From the NCBI RefSeq assembly GCF_006345805.1, contig NC_043001.1:15128001-15192000 (forward strand): DNA of 64,000 nt. Reading direction: 5' to 3'. Each line of letters opens with the position of its first letter. The first letter of the stretch is position 1. This DNA comes from Octopus sinensis (taxonomy: Eukaryota). The notes beneath the pieces are model-generated. The model searched no databases, was not told where the DNA came from, and saw only the letters and a program-made list of their open reading frames with translations. This document shows, in pieces, positions 1 through 12,061 of this stretch. The translations under genes and the position numbers were made by a program.

Positions 1-252
1 AAACACACCAGCATCGGTTGTCAAGCAATGTTGGGGGGACAAACACAGATACACAAACATATACACACACACATATATATATACATATATACAACAGGCT
101 TCTTTCAGTTTCCGTCTACCAAATCCACTCACAAGGTTTTGGTCGGCCTGAGGCTATAGTAGAAGACACTTGCCCAAGGTGCCATGCAGTGGGACTGAAC
201 CTGGAACCATCTGGTTCGTAAGCAAGCTACTTACCACACAGCCACTCCTACA
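1..252 (-). mobile_element. tRNA-derived SINE family A (CORE-like), truncated by the window edge
   Basis: Reverse of ggagtggctgtgtggtaagtagcttgc...ggttcagtcccact..gcaccttgggcaagtgtctt (A/B boxes plus CORE-like accttgggcaagt). Confidence 0.85.
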
Positions 253-473
253 CCTAAATAGGTCACTTGACCTATTAAAATCCAACTTTCAGATTTCACC
301 AATCTTTAAAAAGGAAGCTGCTTATTGGATAATATAGTATTAGATATATTATGTCAAAAGTAATAAAGGATGGCCACAGCTTCGATAACAGATATGCTCC
401 AACAGAGATGACCTGGGGTTAAACAACAACAACAACAATCTACCTGATAAGGTAAGTCATCTGCAAACTTTAA

Positions 474-694
474 CCTTTGAGCATTCAGAATACTCTGCCA
501 AATGTAATGCTTATTTATATCACGTTGTTTTGAATTAAACATGTATTATCTCATAGCTTTGAGATGTCGATGATGTAAAAGTTTATTCCTAGAATGACAT
601 TGTAGGATAGCTGTGATAGGCCAGATCTGGTTGGTTTGAACATAGAACAGGTAGATTATTTGGGTCAGATACGGCTTGTTTAAATGCTAAAGGG
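474..694 (-). mobile_element. TTAA-flanked MITE family 1 (piggyBac-like)
   Basis: TTAA on both sides, cctttgagcatt...aatgctaaaggg termini. Related copies at 41941-42160 and 43733-43953. Confidence 0.75.
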
Positions 695-724
695 TTAAGC
701 CAGTATTTCCAGCAAATTAAACCA

Positions 725-987
725 CACCTGTGCTGGTGGCATGTGTAAAAAGATTCAAGCGAAGTCGTTGCCAGTACCGCCTGACTGGCCCCCATGCCGG
801 TGGCACATAAAAAGCACCTACTACACTCTCGGAGTGGTTGGCGTTAGGAAGGGCATCCAGCTGTAGAAACTCTGCCAGATCAAGATTGGAGCCTGGTGCA
901 GCCATCTGGTTCGCCAGCCCTCAGTCAAAATCGTCCAACCCATGCTAGCATGGAAAACGGACGTTAAACGATGATGATGATGATGAT
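725..987 (+). mobile_element. RTE 3'-end copy
   Basis: ggcacataaaaagcacc...gcatggaaaacggacgttaaacgatgatgatg tail shared with 27781-28466. Confidence 0.8.
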
Positions 988-1068
988 GGCAATAGAAAAA
1001 AAATCAGAAAACTGCTGAATTGTCTGTATTCACATATTTTCATGTTTTTTTGGCTTTTTATCAAGGCC

Positions 1069-1415
1069 TCATCCAGTCAGGTTGATTTCCTGGGCCAACC
1101 TGACTATCTGTCTCCGTCCCTCCGGATCTTTCACTAGTGTTTTTAGGTCTTCAACTTGGTATCCAACATCTTCTACAAGCTGTTGTATATAGGTCTTCCG
1201 TGGTCTTTCAGCCATTGTGGTACCATGATTTGGTGTCCACAGTAACACATTACTCATAAGTTCTTCTTTACTTCTTCAGTAGTGGCCGCTCTTGGATGGT
1301 TGATGAGAAAGTTGGTACAATCCCAAATAACCATTGTTTTGTTAGGTTCTCCCTCCAAGAGATATTAAGCACTGCTCGTAACATTCTGATTTTCATGTGA
1401 TCAATGCAATACCCC
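1069..1415 (-). mobile_element. RTE/RTE-X-like non-LTR retrotransposon, decayed 3' ORF fragment
   Basis: Translates ...RMLRAVLNISWRENLT... and LLWTPNHG..RPRKTYIQQLVEDVG...DPEGRR, typical of the RTE-class C-terminal region. Confidence 0.75.
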
Positions 1416-1485
1416 AGCATGGCCACAGCCCAGTGACTGAAACAAGTAAAAGAATGTACAAATAAGACATATTTTTCATACTTAC

Positions 1486-1618
1486 TAGTTATAATACCAC
1501 ACATAGCTAAGATGAAATGTTCTTCATCGGTTTTCTCCTGAGGCCAATCTTCTTTGTATGCGGTAAGAAAACTTTCCAGAGTCCCTTGCACAAGCAATAA
1601 AAATTCATTTACTTTATT
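1486..1618 (-). CDS. HSF2BP: Internal coding exon of heat shock factor 2-binding protein (HSF2BP/MEILB2) homolog
   Basis: Canonical acceptor (tttatatttcag) and donor (ACTA|gtaagt), 133 nt, phase 0 to 1. Translates NKVNEFLLLVQGTLESFLTAYKEDWPQEKTDEEHFILAMCGIIT(N), which aligns without gaps to recalled human HSF2BP DKALKFFSITGQTMESFVKSLDGDVQELDSDESQFVFALAGIVTN (about 14/44 identical). Confidence 0.85.
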
Positions 1619-2382
1619 CTGAAATATAAAATTGTAAATAAACAAACAAATTATAAATAAATGACTAAGATTAAAAGACATCATAAGCGCTAATCTAAGC
1701 TAGAAAAAATATACCACCCCCTCCGACGGGATTCAAACCTAGCTTCTATCATATTTCAGGCAACCACATTACTAGTTACACTACAGTATGCTTGTCATCT
1801 CTGTTAAATTAGGCTATATATGTTTTACTACTAGAAACTAATACTTCAACCTCAATAAATATCACATTTATTTCACAGATAATTCGATAGTCTCTTGGAG
1901 GCGGGTCCTGTTTTTTTTTGCATTTTCTTTTTTAGTCTTAAATTAGTGATGATAATGTTTTTTTATCAAATATATATATGTGTGTGTGTGTATGTATGCA
2001 CACACTATGTATGTATGTGTGTATGAAAATATAACTTGAAATTACTTTTCTCATTCAATTTCAATTTATGTTTTGATATAAATTTGGAACAATTTCTGTA
2101 GTAACTGCACAGGAGAGGTATGTATATCTCCATCTGTGTATCATACTTAATATACACACACTGTCAATATGCCAGTTACTGTGCTATGTGTTTGGAGATA
2201 ATGTCTCTTATGGATATGTGTTAAAAACACTATAAATATCAGCAGATGAAAATTCATCCCTGCAGTGACCAGTGAGAAAGCCAGGTGCATTTTGGCCTTT
2301 GAGGGCTTTTTAATGGTGCATACTGAAAGCCAGTGACGTGCTCAGATGAGAAGTTTTCAACTCTGATACAGGAAAGTGAAAA

Positions 2383-2604
2383 CCCTTTTGTTACCATATT
2401 TCTGTTGAGAAGCTCTCTGTTTCTTTCAATTAATTTTAAATATAACAAAGAATTTAGTAAAATAACTTAGTTATCATTCAGCTAGTGTTAGAAACATAAA
2501 TTGTGACTAAGGTTTGGAGGAAGATTTTAATACAAAATTTATGAAAACAAGACATTTGTACTACAGAGCCAGAGGCGGTTTCAGGTGGGTTGGTATCAAA
2601 AGGG
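2383..2604 (+). mobile_element. TTAA-flanked MITE family 2 (piggyBac-like)
   Basis: cccttttgttacc...ggtatcaaaaggg TIRs, ttaa at the right end. Copies at 16407-16628, 31633-31854 and 41256-41475. Confidence 0.8.
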
Positions 2605-2707
2605 TTAAGGTTCATTGATGTTGTGAGTGGCTGGCCAGCTGCACAAAAATCTAGTGTATGCAATTGAGGCAGTATTACTACTACCTTGTGTGTGTGTGTG
2701 TGTGTGC

Positions 2708-3936
2708 CAGGTTGAGGCCAAAGTTTTTCATATTTTAAACTAATTAATAGCTCAAATTACATATGAAACATGTTTAGTCCTCAAAATGTATCCAATCATA
2801 TTCTATTGTCTGTTGCCATCATTGTGCCAGAAGCTCAATTCTACTCTTATACCATTTGGCTGATTTAGGGGCAGAAAACTCCTTGCATCTATTGCCAACC
2901 TCATCCACATTGCTGAACGTCTGTCTAGGCAGGATATGAGCCATGGATCGGAAACAGTGGTAATCTGATGGTGCAAGGATTGAATTATAGGCAGAGTGAG
3001 GCCACATTTCCAGTCTCTCAAGTTCCTCAAGTTTGTGCTTGGCCACATTGGCAGTGTGTACTGGGGTATTGTCATGCTGTAGGAGTGCAGATCTTCAATT
3101 GACCAATACTGTATAGTGGGTTTTCTAACCATCATATACTCACTGCAGTTGTTGAGCACAAAGGTTAGCATTCACAACTTGACCATCTGGGACAAGCTCA
3201 AAGTGCAACACCCTCTCAAAATTCCACAAAGCATACAATATGACCTGTTCAAATGACCCTTGTTTGACAACAAATTCTAAAGCCTGGTCAGAATGAAGTC
3301 ACTGATTTTTCTTATTAGAATTACAAAAATAGATCCATTTTTCATCCTCAGTTACATTTTGATGCCAAAAATGAGCATTGTGAGGATTTGCTAGTAGTTG
3401 TTTGCAAATGTTCACACAGCATAGAACCTGATCATTGATCAGTTCATGAAGAGCTTCTCAACAGCGTCTGTTCATAAGTGGTTGACAGATGGAGCTTTGA
3501 AGGATCAAATTCTACTGCCAATGTACAAGTGTCTGTGCTTGACTGTTGTTCAACCATTCCAAGCAAGGCCACATCTTCCACAACAGGAGGTCTCCCTGAC
3601 CTTGGTTTGTCTTTGAGGCTGGTGTCACCTTCTTTGAAATGTCTGAACCAATTTTATGCCACAAAATCGTTAGCAGTTCCTGGACCTTTCTACATCATTA
3701 ACTTCTTTTGCTGCTGCCTGTGCACTTAGTCCATTTTCCCACAGGTAGCGTAAAATGGTTCTACTTGCAATTTTTTTTTTTATTTGCTACTCATTATGAA
3801 AGCTGTAAAAGAACGAGTAAACAATTCAGCAATAATTGGATAATGAGTTGTCTCAAATTAATGATATAACATGGAGATACAAGTTGCTAAATATCATCAA
3901 GGAAAATCCAGAAAAAAATTTTTTGACTCAACCTAG
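2708..3936 (-). mobile_element. Decayed near full-length mariner DNA transposon
   Basis: Transposase remnants WFRHFKEGDTSLKDKPRSGRP (HTH region) and HSAYNSILAPSDYHCFRSM (degenerate YSPDLAPSDY). Imperfect TIRs aggttgaggccaaagttttt (2709-) and aaaaattttttgactcaacct (-3934), about 1.23 kb, with stops and frameshifts. Confidence 0.9.
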
Positions 3937-3977
3937 TATGTGTGTGTGTGTGTGAATTTATATATACATTTATTTTT

Positions 3978-4125
3978 GTTGGCGTTAGGAAGGGCATCCA
4001 GCTGTAGAAACACTGCCAGATCAGACTGGAGCCTGGTGTAGCCTCCTGGCTTCCCAGACCCCGGTTGAACCATCCAACCCATGCTAGCATGGAAAACAGA
4101 TGTTAAACAATGATGATGATGATGA
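3978..4125 (+). mobile_element. Short RTE 3'-end copy
   Basis: ggcgttaggaagggcatccagc...gcatggaaaacagatgttaaacaatgatgatg. Confidence 0.75.
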
Positions 4126-5307
4126 CATCCAAGTAAGTGAGAGCAGTGATAATGACCGTCTTCAGGCCCTTCAAGACTGTTGGGAAAGAAAGAAGTAGTT
4201 AACTTCAAACTAGAAACCAGGTCTGAATGCTTAGAATGGAATGAACTCCAACCCTGAGCACTGATATTAGCCCAGGTAACAAATTAAGTCTACCACTCTC
4301 TATGATGGTGATTATGATGATGGTAGTGATGTTGCCGCTGATGGTGTTTAAGGGTGAGCAATGATGGTGTTGATGGTAGTGCCGATAATGGGGGGGGGGT
4401 AGTGATATGGCAGTTGTTATAAAGAAAAAAAATTACTATCCTCTAACAAAAATTTCATTTTCCAAGGTTAAGCCATTGTTAAACACTACCATAAAGACCC
4501 TGATATCAAGCCAAATAGAAATCACATTGATCTCATCAAAGGTCATGGGTACAGCCCCTCCTCTTTTGAAGTTATATCAAATAAATAAAAGAAATAGATG
4601 TAACCTATATTAGCTAAGATTCATTGGAAAATCAATTAAAAATTTATAAAAATTAAAACATCAACAACAAAAGTAGTTTCAAAATGATGTCAGTGAAAGA
4701 AAAGTACTCAAAATACAACACAAACACAAGAAATCTGGCAAAACTGACAAAGTGAACAGTTTGAAAGTCCCAGTTTTACAAGACTTATCAATAATCTCTA
4801 GATTTGGGACCCTAAGAGATAAACACATTGCCAGCTAACTTGCGGAATAAAAACAACCAAAGAAAAAGAAAAAAAGAAGGAATATTACTTTGGTATGTAT
4901 TTGCATGGAGACCCTAATTTCTTCTCTTTTATGGAGAGAGGAAATACGATTTCAACATATGCAGCAGAGTAATATACAACAGATTGAAAAATTATTTTAA
5001 TGTAAATAGTGTAACCATGAAATCTAATAGAAAATGATGTGTGTATATATGTGTGGGAGGATATGTGTGCATGAAGATGTATGGATGTATGTGCACACAC
5101 TGCTGTAAAACTAGTGTTGTCCAGGGGGACGTATTATGTATACATAAATTTAATGTATGCAGATTGTAAATAAATAAATAAAATCCATATGATTTAACCT
5201 TTAAATTTTTTAATTACTTTTAATGATGATGATGATGCCTTCCTGTGAAAGAATTACAATAGAAAACTCTCTCTCATTATCTAGATGCTGGTTACTTTTC
5301 CTGTAGT

Positions 5308-5310
<3 letters not shown>

Positions 5311-5355
<45 letters not shown>

Positions 5356-5585
5356 AGTTCCTTGGGTTTGTGTCTATGTTTTCGTTTCTCATTGTGTTCG
5401 ACGTTTTTTTCGTGTCCTGTACTCATATATGCGTGTATATATATATGTAGAGGTAGGTACGTACATATATGTATATATATATGCATATGTTTTATTTATT
5501 AATATATATATATATATGCATATGTTTTATTTATTAATATATATATATATATATGCATATGTTTTATTTATTAATATATATATAT
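5311..5585. repeat. (TA)n tract and short tandem atatatatgcatatgttttatttatta repeats
   Basis: Direct inspection. Confidence 0.9.
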
Positions 5586-6247
5586 ATCTGAAGCAACAGT
5601 AAAAACCAGGATAGGATACTCTGTCATATCCACTGCTAACAACACAATAAATTAAAGGCAAGTCCCTATCCCCCATCCAGGCAGATTCTGTTACCATGTA
5701 CCATATGTTCCAGCCTGATTATCATCACTGCTTCACCCCAGTCCTGTTGACATGACTGCATGAGACAGAGAAGTTTCTAAATGAACTTTAGCTTCCCTGT
5801 CCAGTAATTATTTGGTTTTTTTTTATTCTTTCAGATGATCTGTCTGAGAAAAAAAAAAAAATTCCCCAAAAAAAACAAAACCCCCAAACCCCAAAACAAA
5901 ACAAAGAAGCTGACATTTGTTCAGCATTATGTATTGTGATATGGCCTCAGTTTTACAAAACTACTGATCCACATGAAACTGGCATTACTCTTAGCAAACC
6001 TCATATTCTTGGTAACAAATATTATATCTTAGCTGAAGTTGGCAGGACCTTAATAACAACTAAATATCGTATCATTAAAATAGAGCCAGCAGCATCATGA
6101 TACCATGTCAATCAGAAGAGAGTAAACTAAATAGGAACAAATGTCTTCTTAAGCATTAAAATGATATGTTTTCATTTTCACATGTCAAGATTAGACTGAA
6201 AGTTCCAAAGTTTAGTTAGTGCCAACAGCAGCCAGTATAGCCATGTT

Positions 6248-6253
6248 AGAGAG

Positions 6254-6287
<34 letters not shown>

Positions 6288-6299
6288 AAGAGAGAGAGC
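6248..6299. repeat. (GA)n microsatellite
   Basis: Direct inspection. Confidence 0.95.
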
Positions 6300-6774
6300 T
6301 ATTACAAATAGAAAGTATTTTATTTTTTACATCTGTCATTTACAATACCAACCTCTAGTATAGTTTCCCTATTTCAAATAGACAAAACATTCCCTGATGT
6401 TATGAAAGATCAGCATAAAAATTAGGAATTAATAGGTTTTCAGAAGGAACTTTCATAAAATTGACATATACCAGTTTCTAACTCGTTAGAGTACCTCACA
6501 ATTGTCCTATAGCGCACAGGCTCAAATCCAGCAGTTGGCACTGTTTTAAGACTACACGAGGTTCATTACTCCATTTTGATATAAGCATCAACCCTTCTTC
6601 TCGGGTTTAATAAAACGTTCTGAACTGGACAGCTTAAATGTAAAGCACTAAAATTTCAATTTATGCTAGCATTGGGAAGACAGATGTAAAGATAAACATT
6701 AGCAGTTGTGTACAAATACAGATCATCATCATCATCATCATCATTTAACATCCACCTTTCCATATTTGCCTGGG

Positions 6775-7180
6775 TTAGAAAGGGGCTTACCACAGAGGGG
6801 ACAAACATGGACAGACAAACGGATTAAGTCGATTACATCGATCCCAGTGCATAACTGGTCCTTAATTTATCGACCCCCGAAAGGATGAAAGGCAAAGTCA
6901 ACCTTGGCGAAACTTGAACTCAGAACGTAATGGCAGACAAAATACATATTTCTTTATTACCCACAAGGGGCTAAACACAGAGGGGACTAACAAGGACAGA
7001 CAAACGGATTAAGTCGATTACATCGATCCCAGTGCGTAACTGATCCTTAATTTATCGACCCCGAAAGGATGAAAGGCAAAGTCAACCTTGGCGAAACTTG
7101 AACTCAGAACGTAACGGCAGACAAAATACAGCTATGCATTTCGCCCGGCGTGCTAACGTTTCTGCCAGCTCACCGCCTTT
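6775..7180 (-). mobile_element. SINE family B (tRNA head plus Nin/Deu-like domain), tandem double body
   Basis: Core ctttgcctttcatcctttcggggtcgataaattaag present twice, single head at ~7130-7180. Confidence 0.85.
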
Positions 7181-7852
7181 AGAAAGAATCTGTTGAGCAG
7201 ATTTGCAGATTTTCTTTGGCCAGATGCTTATCCTGTCACCAACACGCATCTGTTTCCAAGCAAGATAATATTTCACTATGCAAAACAGGAAACAAAAACA
7301 TGATTTATATCATAGTAATGCTCATTTACAATCATCACATGATGTCAAGACAAGGATACTTACAAACACACACGTAAGATTCAAAAGTTACATAGAAGGA
7401 TGACAAAGTCACACACAAGATGTGGACATGATCTTCCTTCGTCATTTATTGTCCAAAAATCATAACAATTTTGCACCTTTTATGATACAATAATTCATTT
7501 TGGTGGTGTCAAATTAAAATCTTTAATATAGCTTCAGTTGGTTTGGTCAGGAAAGGCAGTAACTTCAAATAAGAACAGGCATGAACCATAATGACCAGTT
7601 CAACCTGTTCATAGCAGTGTGGAAAATAAATGAACATCTCTAATAATGGTGCAATGAGGAAATACACTCAGTACAGTCTATGGTTCATGAGAGGAAAGGC
7701 ATCCAGTGATAGAAACCAAGCCAAGGCCAAGATGACCTGTACGAACACCAGTCTCTGGTGTTCACATGTTATCTTGGTTCTAAATCAAAAAAAAATCACT
7801 TGGACCCTGAGAACTTGGAAAGGGGACATAAAATGATGATGGTATATATATC

Positions 7853-8225
7853 ATCATCATCATTTAACGTCCGCTTTCCATGCTAGCATGGGTTGGACGA
7901 TTTGACTGAGGTCTGGCGAACCAGACTCCAATCTGATCTGACAGAGTTTCTACAGATGGATGCCCTTCCTAACGCCAACCACTCCGAGAGTGTAGTGGGT
8001 GCTTTTACATGCCAGTTTGGTGGTACTGGCAACGGCCACATCCAAATGGTGCTTTTTATGTGCCACCTGCACATGAGCCAGTCCAGTGGCACTGGTGACG
8101 TCCTCACTCGAAGGTTGCACGTACCACCAGCACAAGTGCTAGTAAGGCGACGCGGTAACGATCATGCTCGAATGGTGTGCTTAACGTGCCACTGGCACGA
8201 AGGCCAGTTTGATGCTCAGGCAACA
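7853..8225 (-). mobile_element. RTE 3'-end copy
   Basis: Reverse complement of the same 3' UTR with internal subrepeats and (CAT)n. Confidence 0.8.
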
Positions 8226-8289
8226 GTCTTCTGAAGTCATGTATATATGTATATATAAATGTATGCATAAATTATTTAAGAACAATGTG

Positions 8290-9250
8290 ACTCACTTCTA
8301 CATTAAAGTTTCGTGGGTGTAAGATATGTCCACATCATCCGATTTTCATAGAGAAAGTATTCATGCCCCATTGGTCAGTTGAGGTCACACGATCATTTAT
8401 GCTATCAGAGTGACATCATTTATTCTGTTGGTAGGTCCATGTGGTGGACAGGATGTTGGAGTCACTTTGCTGGTATTCTGCAAGGGTGTGATATTTCAGT
8501 AGCACCAGCTCTTTTCAGTAGATGTATAACTTAGCAGAACAGACAATTAGTCGTTATGTATGGTGTGGTATTTCAGTGACAACAGTTATCATGTGGTGAA
8601 GTAATCAACATAATAATGCCTGGTTACATGAGTTTACATGGCAGACACAAGATGAGAAATCAGAATTATATACCATGCAACCAGAATTATATACCCTACC
8701 ATTGTACATATGCCAACTAGGCCTGGGTTGTATATCAGTTATCAGTGGCCAATAGCTTGAATATATTAACAGAATGTACCTCTGGTAGCAACAACATTTT
8801 CCCTGTAGATGAATGCCATGAGCTGGGGGATTCGGTGCAGTTTTGGCAATTACAAGCTCCAGGTGAGCAAGGACCCTATCACAGATTCCCCATGTAATGT
8901 TGATGAAATCATTTTAATGGTCCTGGAATCTCCAGGTGAAGCAGGAAAGGGAGGCAAAGTTTTTTTGGTTCTATTTCTGAAAGGGTGTATATGTTGCATG
9001 TATCTTTCCTTGGACTCATTGGCCATTATGCTTGTGTAGAGTCTTCTGAAGTCATCAGTGTGAGGATGGCTCTATTAATTAGGATCTTTGAGAAGCAGGA
9101 TCCTTTCAAAGAGCAGTCGCTAGGATTTCAGAAATTGTAGATTGGAGTGTAGGGTGAAGACTGTGTTTACTTTTCTTGTAGAAAGTCATGCTAGAGGCAA
9201 TATTATTTAAGCATGAGTGACCTTGATGATATGGGAATTAAAGAGTTTAT
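8290..9250 (-). mobile_element. Penelope-like element 3' relic (GIY-YIG plus pLTR region)
   Basis: Minus-strand translation SKERYMQHIHPFRNRTKKNFASLSCFTWRFQDH*NDFINITWGI resembles the PLE GIY-YIG domain; reverse homolog of 9380-10420. Confidence 0.7.
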
Positions 9251-9379
9251 AATATTTGTGGTTTGGGGGAAAAAGTTTTTTTAATTAGCATCAAGAAGTG
9301 CCAAGCTATATTAGTGGAAATATCTGCATGAAAGATTAAACCAAATTATCTAACCTCTTTCTTACTCAAAGGTTTGGGA

Positions 9380-10420
9380 AGGAGTTCTCTTTAATTCCCA
9401 TAATGTCAAGGTTAGCTACTCATGCTATTATAATACTACTTCCAACATACACTACAACATATGTAAACATACACCCACATAGCATTCACAACTGGCTATA
9501 GGGAGGATCCTCCCTCTCAAAGGTTGTGGAGTGAGCACCACCCTCACACCTTCAGATGGCATCATGAGACATTACATGACATGACAGCAAACGACTTCAA
9601 AGAAAGATATACAATATACACCAGACACTCCCTTAGATGTAGTGTCAAGGAAAACTCCACATCTCTGACTTGGTTCATCTAGAGACTCCAGGACAGTCAA
9701 AATGACTTCTCCAACATCACACAGAGCATCTTGAGAGGACTCTTCGTTACTCACCCAGGGCTCATAATCATCAACTCTGGTTCTGTGAGAAACTGCACCT
9801 ACTCCTCCAACCCACAACACCCATCAATAAGAAAAATGACCAATATCAATATTGTCATCAGAAGTACCGCCTGTTAATGAACTTCAAGCCATTGACCACT
9901 GATAACTCTGATATATTACTGAGGGTTTAGTTTCCCCAAGCACTATGACAGGGTATTTAATTCTTGTCGCTCATAGAGATTACAGCTTTCTGTAACTCAT
10001 GTTGGTCATGCAAGCTCATGTCAGCTGACACTAACACATCAGTTACTTCCCCACATGGTAACTGTTGTCAGTGAAATACTACACCATACAGAATGACTAA
10101 CTGATGCCAACATTTTGTCTGTTCTACCATGTGATATATCCAATATAAAGAGCTGAGGCTGCTGAAGTGTCACAACCTTGCAAAATACCAACAAAGTGAC
10201 TTCCCCATTATATCTGCCCCACCACATGCACCTACCATATACAATAATTGATGTCACTGATAGCAAAAATAATTGTGTAACCTGAACTGACCAATGGAGG
10301 CCTGAATACTCTCATCTAGAATTCATTTTTAATTTCTCTTAAATTCCCTCCATTCTCTATAAAAACCTGATGATTTACACATATTGTATACTCATGGAGG
10401 CGAGTCAAACAGTTATTAAA
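9380..10420 (+). mobile_element. Penelope-like element 3' relic (linker plus GIY-YIG plus pLTR region)
   Basis: SHNVKVSYSC..., PLKGCGV..TPSDG..HYM-MTANDFKERYTIYTRHSLR..ENSTSLTWFI*RLQDSQNDFSNITQSIL, matching the PLE pattern VKVSYSC...CPL.G.C...YIG.T...FK.RY..H...W.I; ctgatga motif at 10367. Confidence 0.75.
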
Positions 10421-10479
10421 TACAAATAAGTCTAACCAAATGTGTTGAGTGTTATTTTTGTTAGTTCACTAACTCATTC

Positions 10480-10812
10480 ATGTGTATGTGTGCATGTGTG
10501 TATGTATACATATTTCTATGTGTGTGTGTGTGCATACATATGTATGTATGAATATGTGTGTTTGTATATGTATACATGTTTATGTATATATGTGTGTATA
10601 TACATATTTGAGTGTGTGTGTGTATGTGTGTGCATACATGTCTGTGTATATGTGTATACATGTTTATGTATATATGTGTGTATATACATATTTGAGTGTG
10701 TGTGTGTGTCCATACATGAGTGTGTGTGTGTGTGCATACATGTCTGTGTATATGTGTATACATGTTTATGTATATGTGTGTATATACATGTGTGTGTGTG
10801 TGTTGTGTGTGA
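10480..10812. repeat. Compound (TG/TA)n microsatellite with duplicated sub-blocks
   Basis: Repeated block gtttatgtatatatgtgtgtatatacatatttgagtgtgtg. Confidence 0.95.
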
Positions 10813-12061
10813 GTAAACTACCAGAAGCAGACTAACGAATAAAATTTTAGCCAACATCATTCTTCTAAAAAAAAAAATAATAATTTAAAAAATAATTATA
10901 TCTTACAAAGTAAAAAAATTGTTTTGTGCCATGGGAACATGTGGAATTAAATCTGTAATAACATTAAGCTTGGTTCTAGCTGATATGAAGCTGAAACTTA
11001 ACGATAGATAGTCAACACATAAAGCTAAATGGAAACTTTAATTATGCTAAGACCAACTGATTTAGATTTGAGATGATTTGAGATGATATCTTCGCCTTGA
11101 TAGTTATTACAGTGTTGATTTGCAAACAGGTGAGATATATCAAGCAGAAAGTAGTATTTTGTTGGGTTTTTTGTTGTTTTTTTTTTTACTTTGAGATTAT
11201 TATACTATAAATTAAAAATTCCCATTTAAAGCAATATTCTATTTGTGATGATATACAGCCTGCGATATTCCTGCTTTTATCTCCTCTTTTGATCTTTTTG
11301 ACTGAGCACCAACGAAATAATTCTAATCAGTGTATATCACTTAAGATGCTCTAAGAAGTGGCTTATAAATTCTAAGTTCTTGAATTAAGATGAATAAAAA
11401 AAAACAGAAAAAAAAATATCAATGAAAACAAAGCTAGTAGTAACAGTAGTTGTAGTAGTGGTGGTGGTGGTAGCAGTAATGAATGATAATGTAGCCATGA
11501 GAAAAAGTAAACCATGCAGATATAGTGATATTAAGTTTAGCCTATCTGATATAAGAGAAATGGGAAAGTGTAGTAAAGAACATTCACTTTCATTCATAAC
11601 TTCTAGTTTGATATTTTGAAGCCAATTTTTGTCATAATAATTTTTCTTCAAAAATCCACTACTTAATAACTTTCATTGCTATCAAGCAAAAATCTGCATA
11701 TTTCAGCAGTTGCAGCCCACGAGACTATTTGTGCTTTCCGCCTACATTAAAGTACTCCATTAGTCAGCATCTGTTTCGTTTATTTATCACAAAAAAGTAA
11801 GTAAATAAAAAACTACATTAAACTCGTCTCTTAAAAAGGAGGTTAGTATAAAAAAAAAAACTGTGTTTATTGAACTGTATTACAGAATTCACTTCAAGAC
11901 TATGCTGACATTTTAATATCATTGAAATAACACTGACATTAAAATCATTTTATAGTAAATCTAATTAAGCAGGAGTTACAAAACTAAGAATTCTTTCAGT
12001 GTTGCTTTCCTCTAATTGTAAGAACTTTGTTCCTCATAATAATAATAATAATAATAATAAT

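Noticed and set aside
1268-1684. 138-aa ORF as a single gene
   Set aside because: Chimeric: intron, HSF2BP exon, SINE tail and RTE relic happen to lie in frame.
10442-10860. Overlapping 100-124 aa ORFs on both strands
   Set aside because: Readthrough of (TG/TA)n microsatellite giving CVCV/THTH/YIYI peptides.
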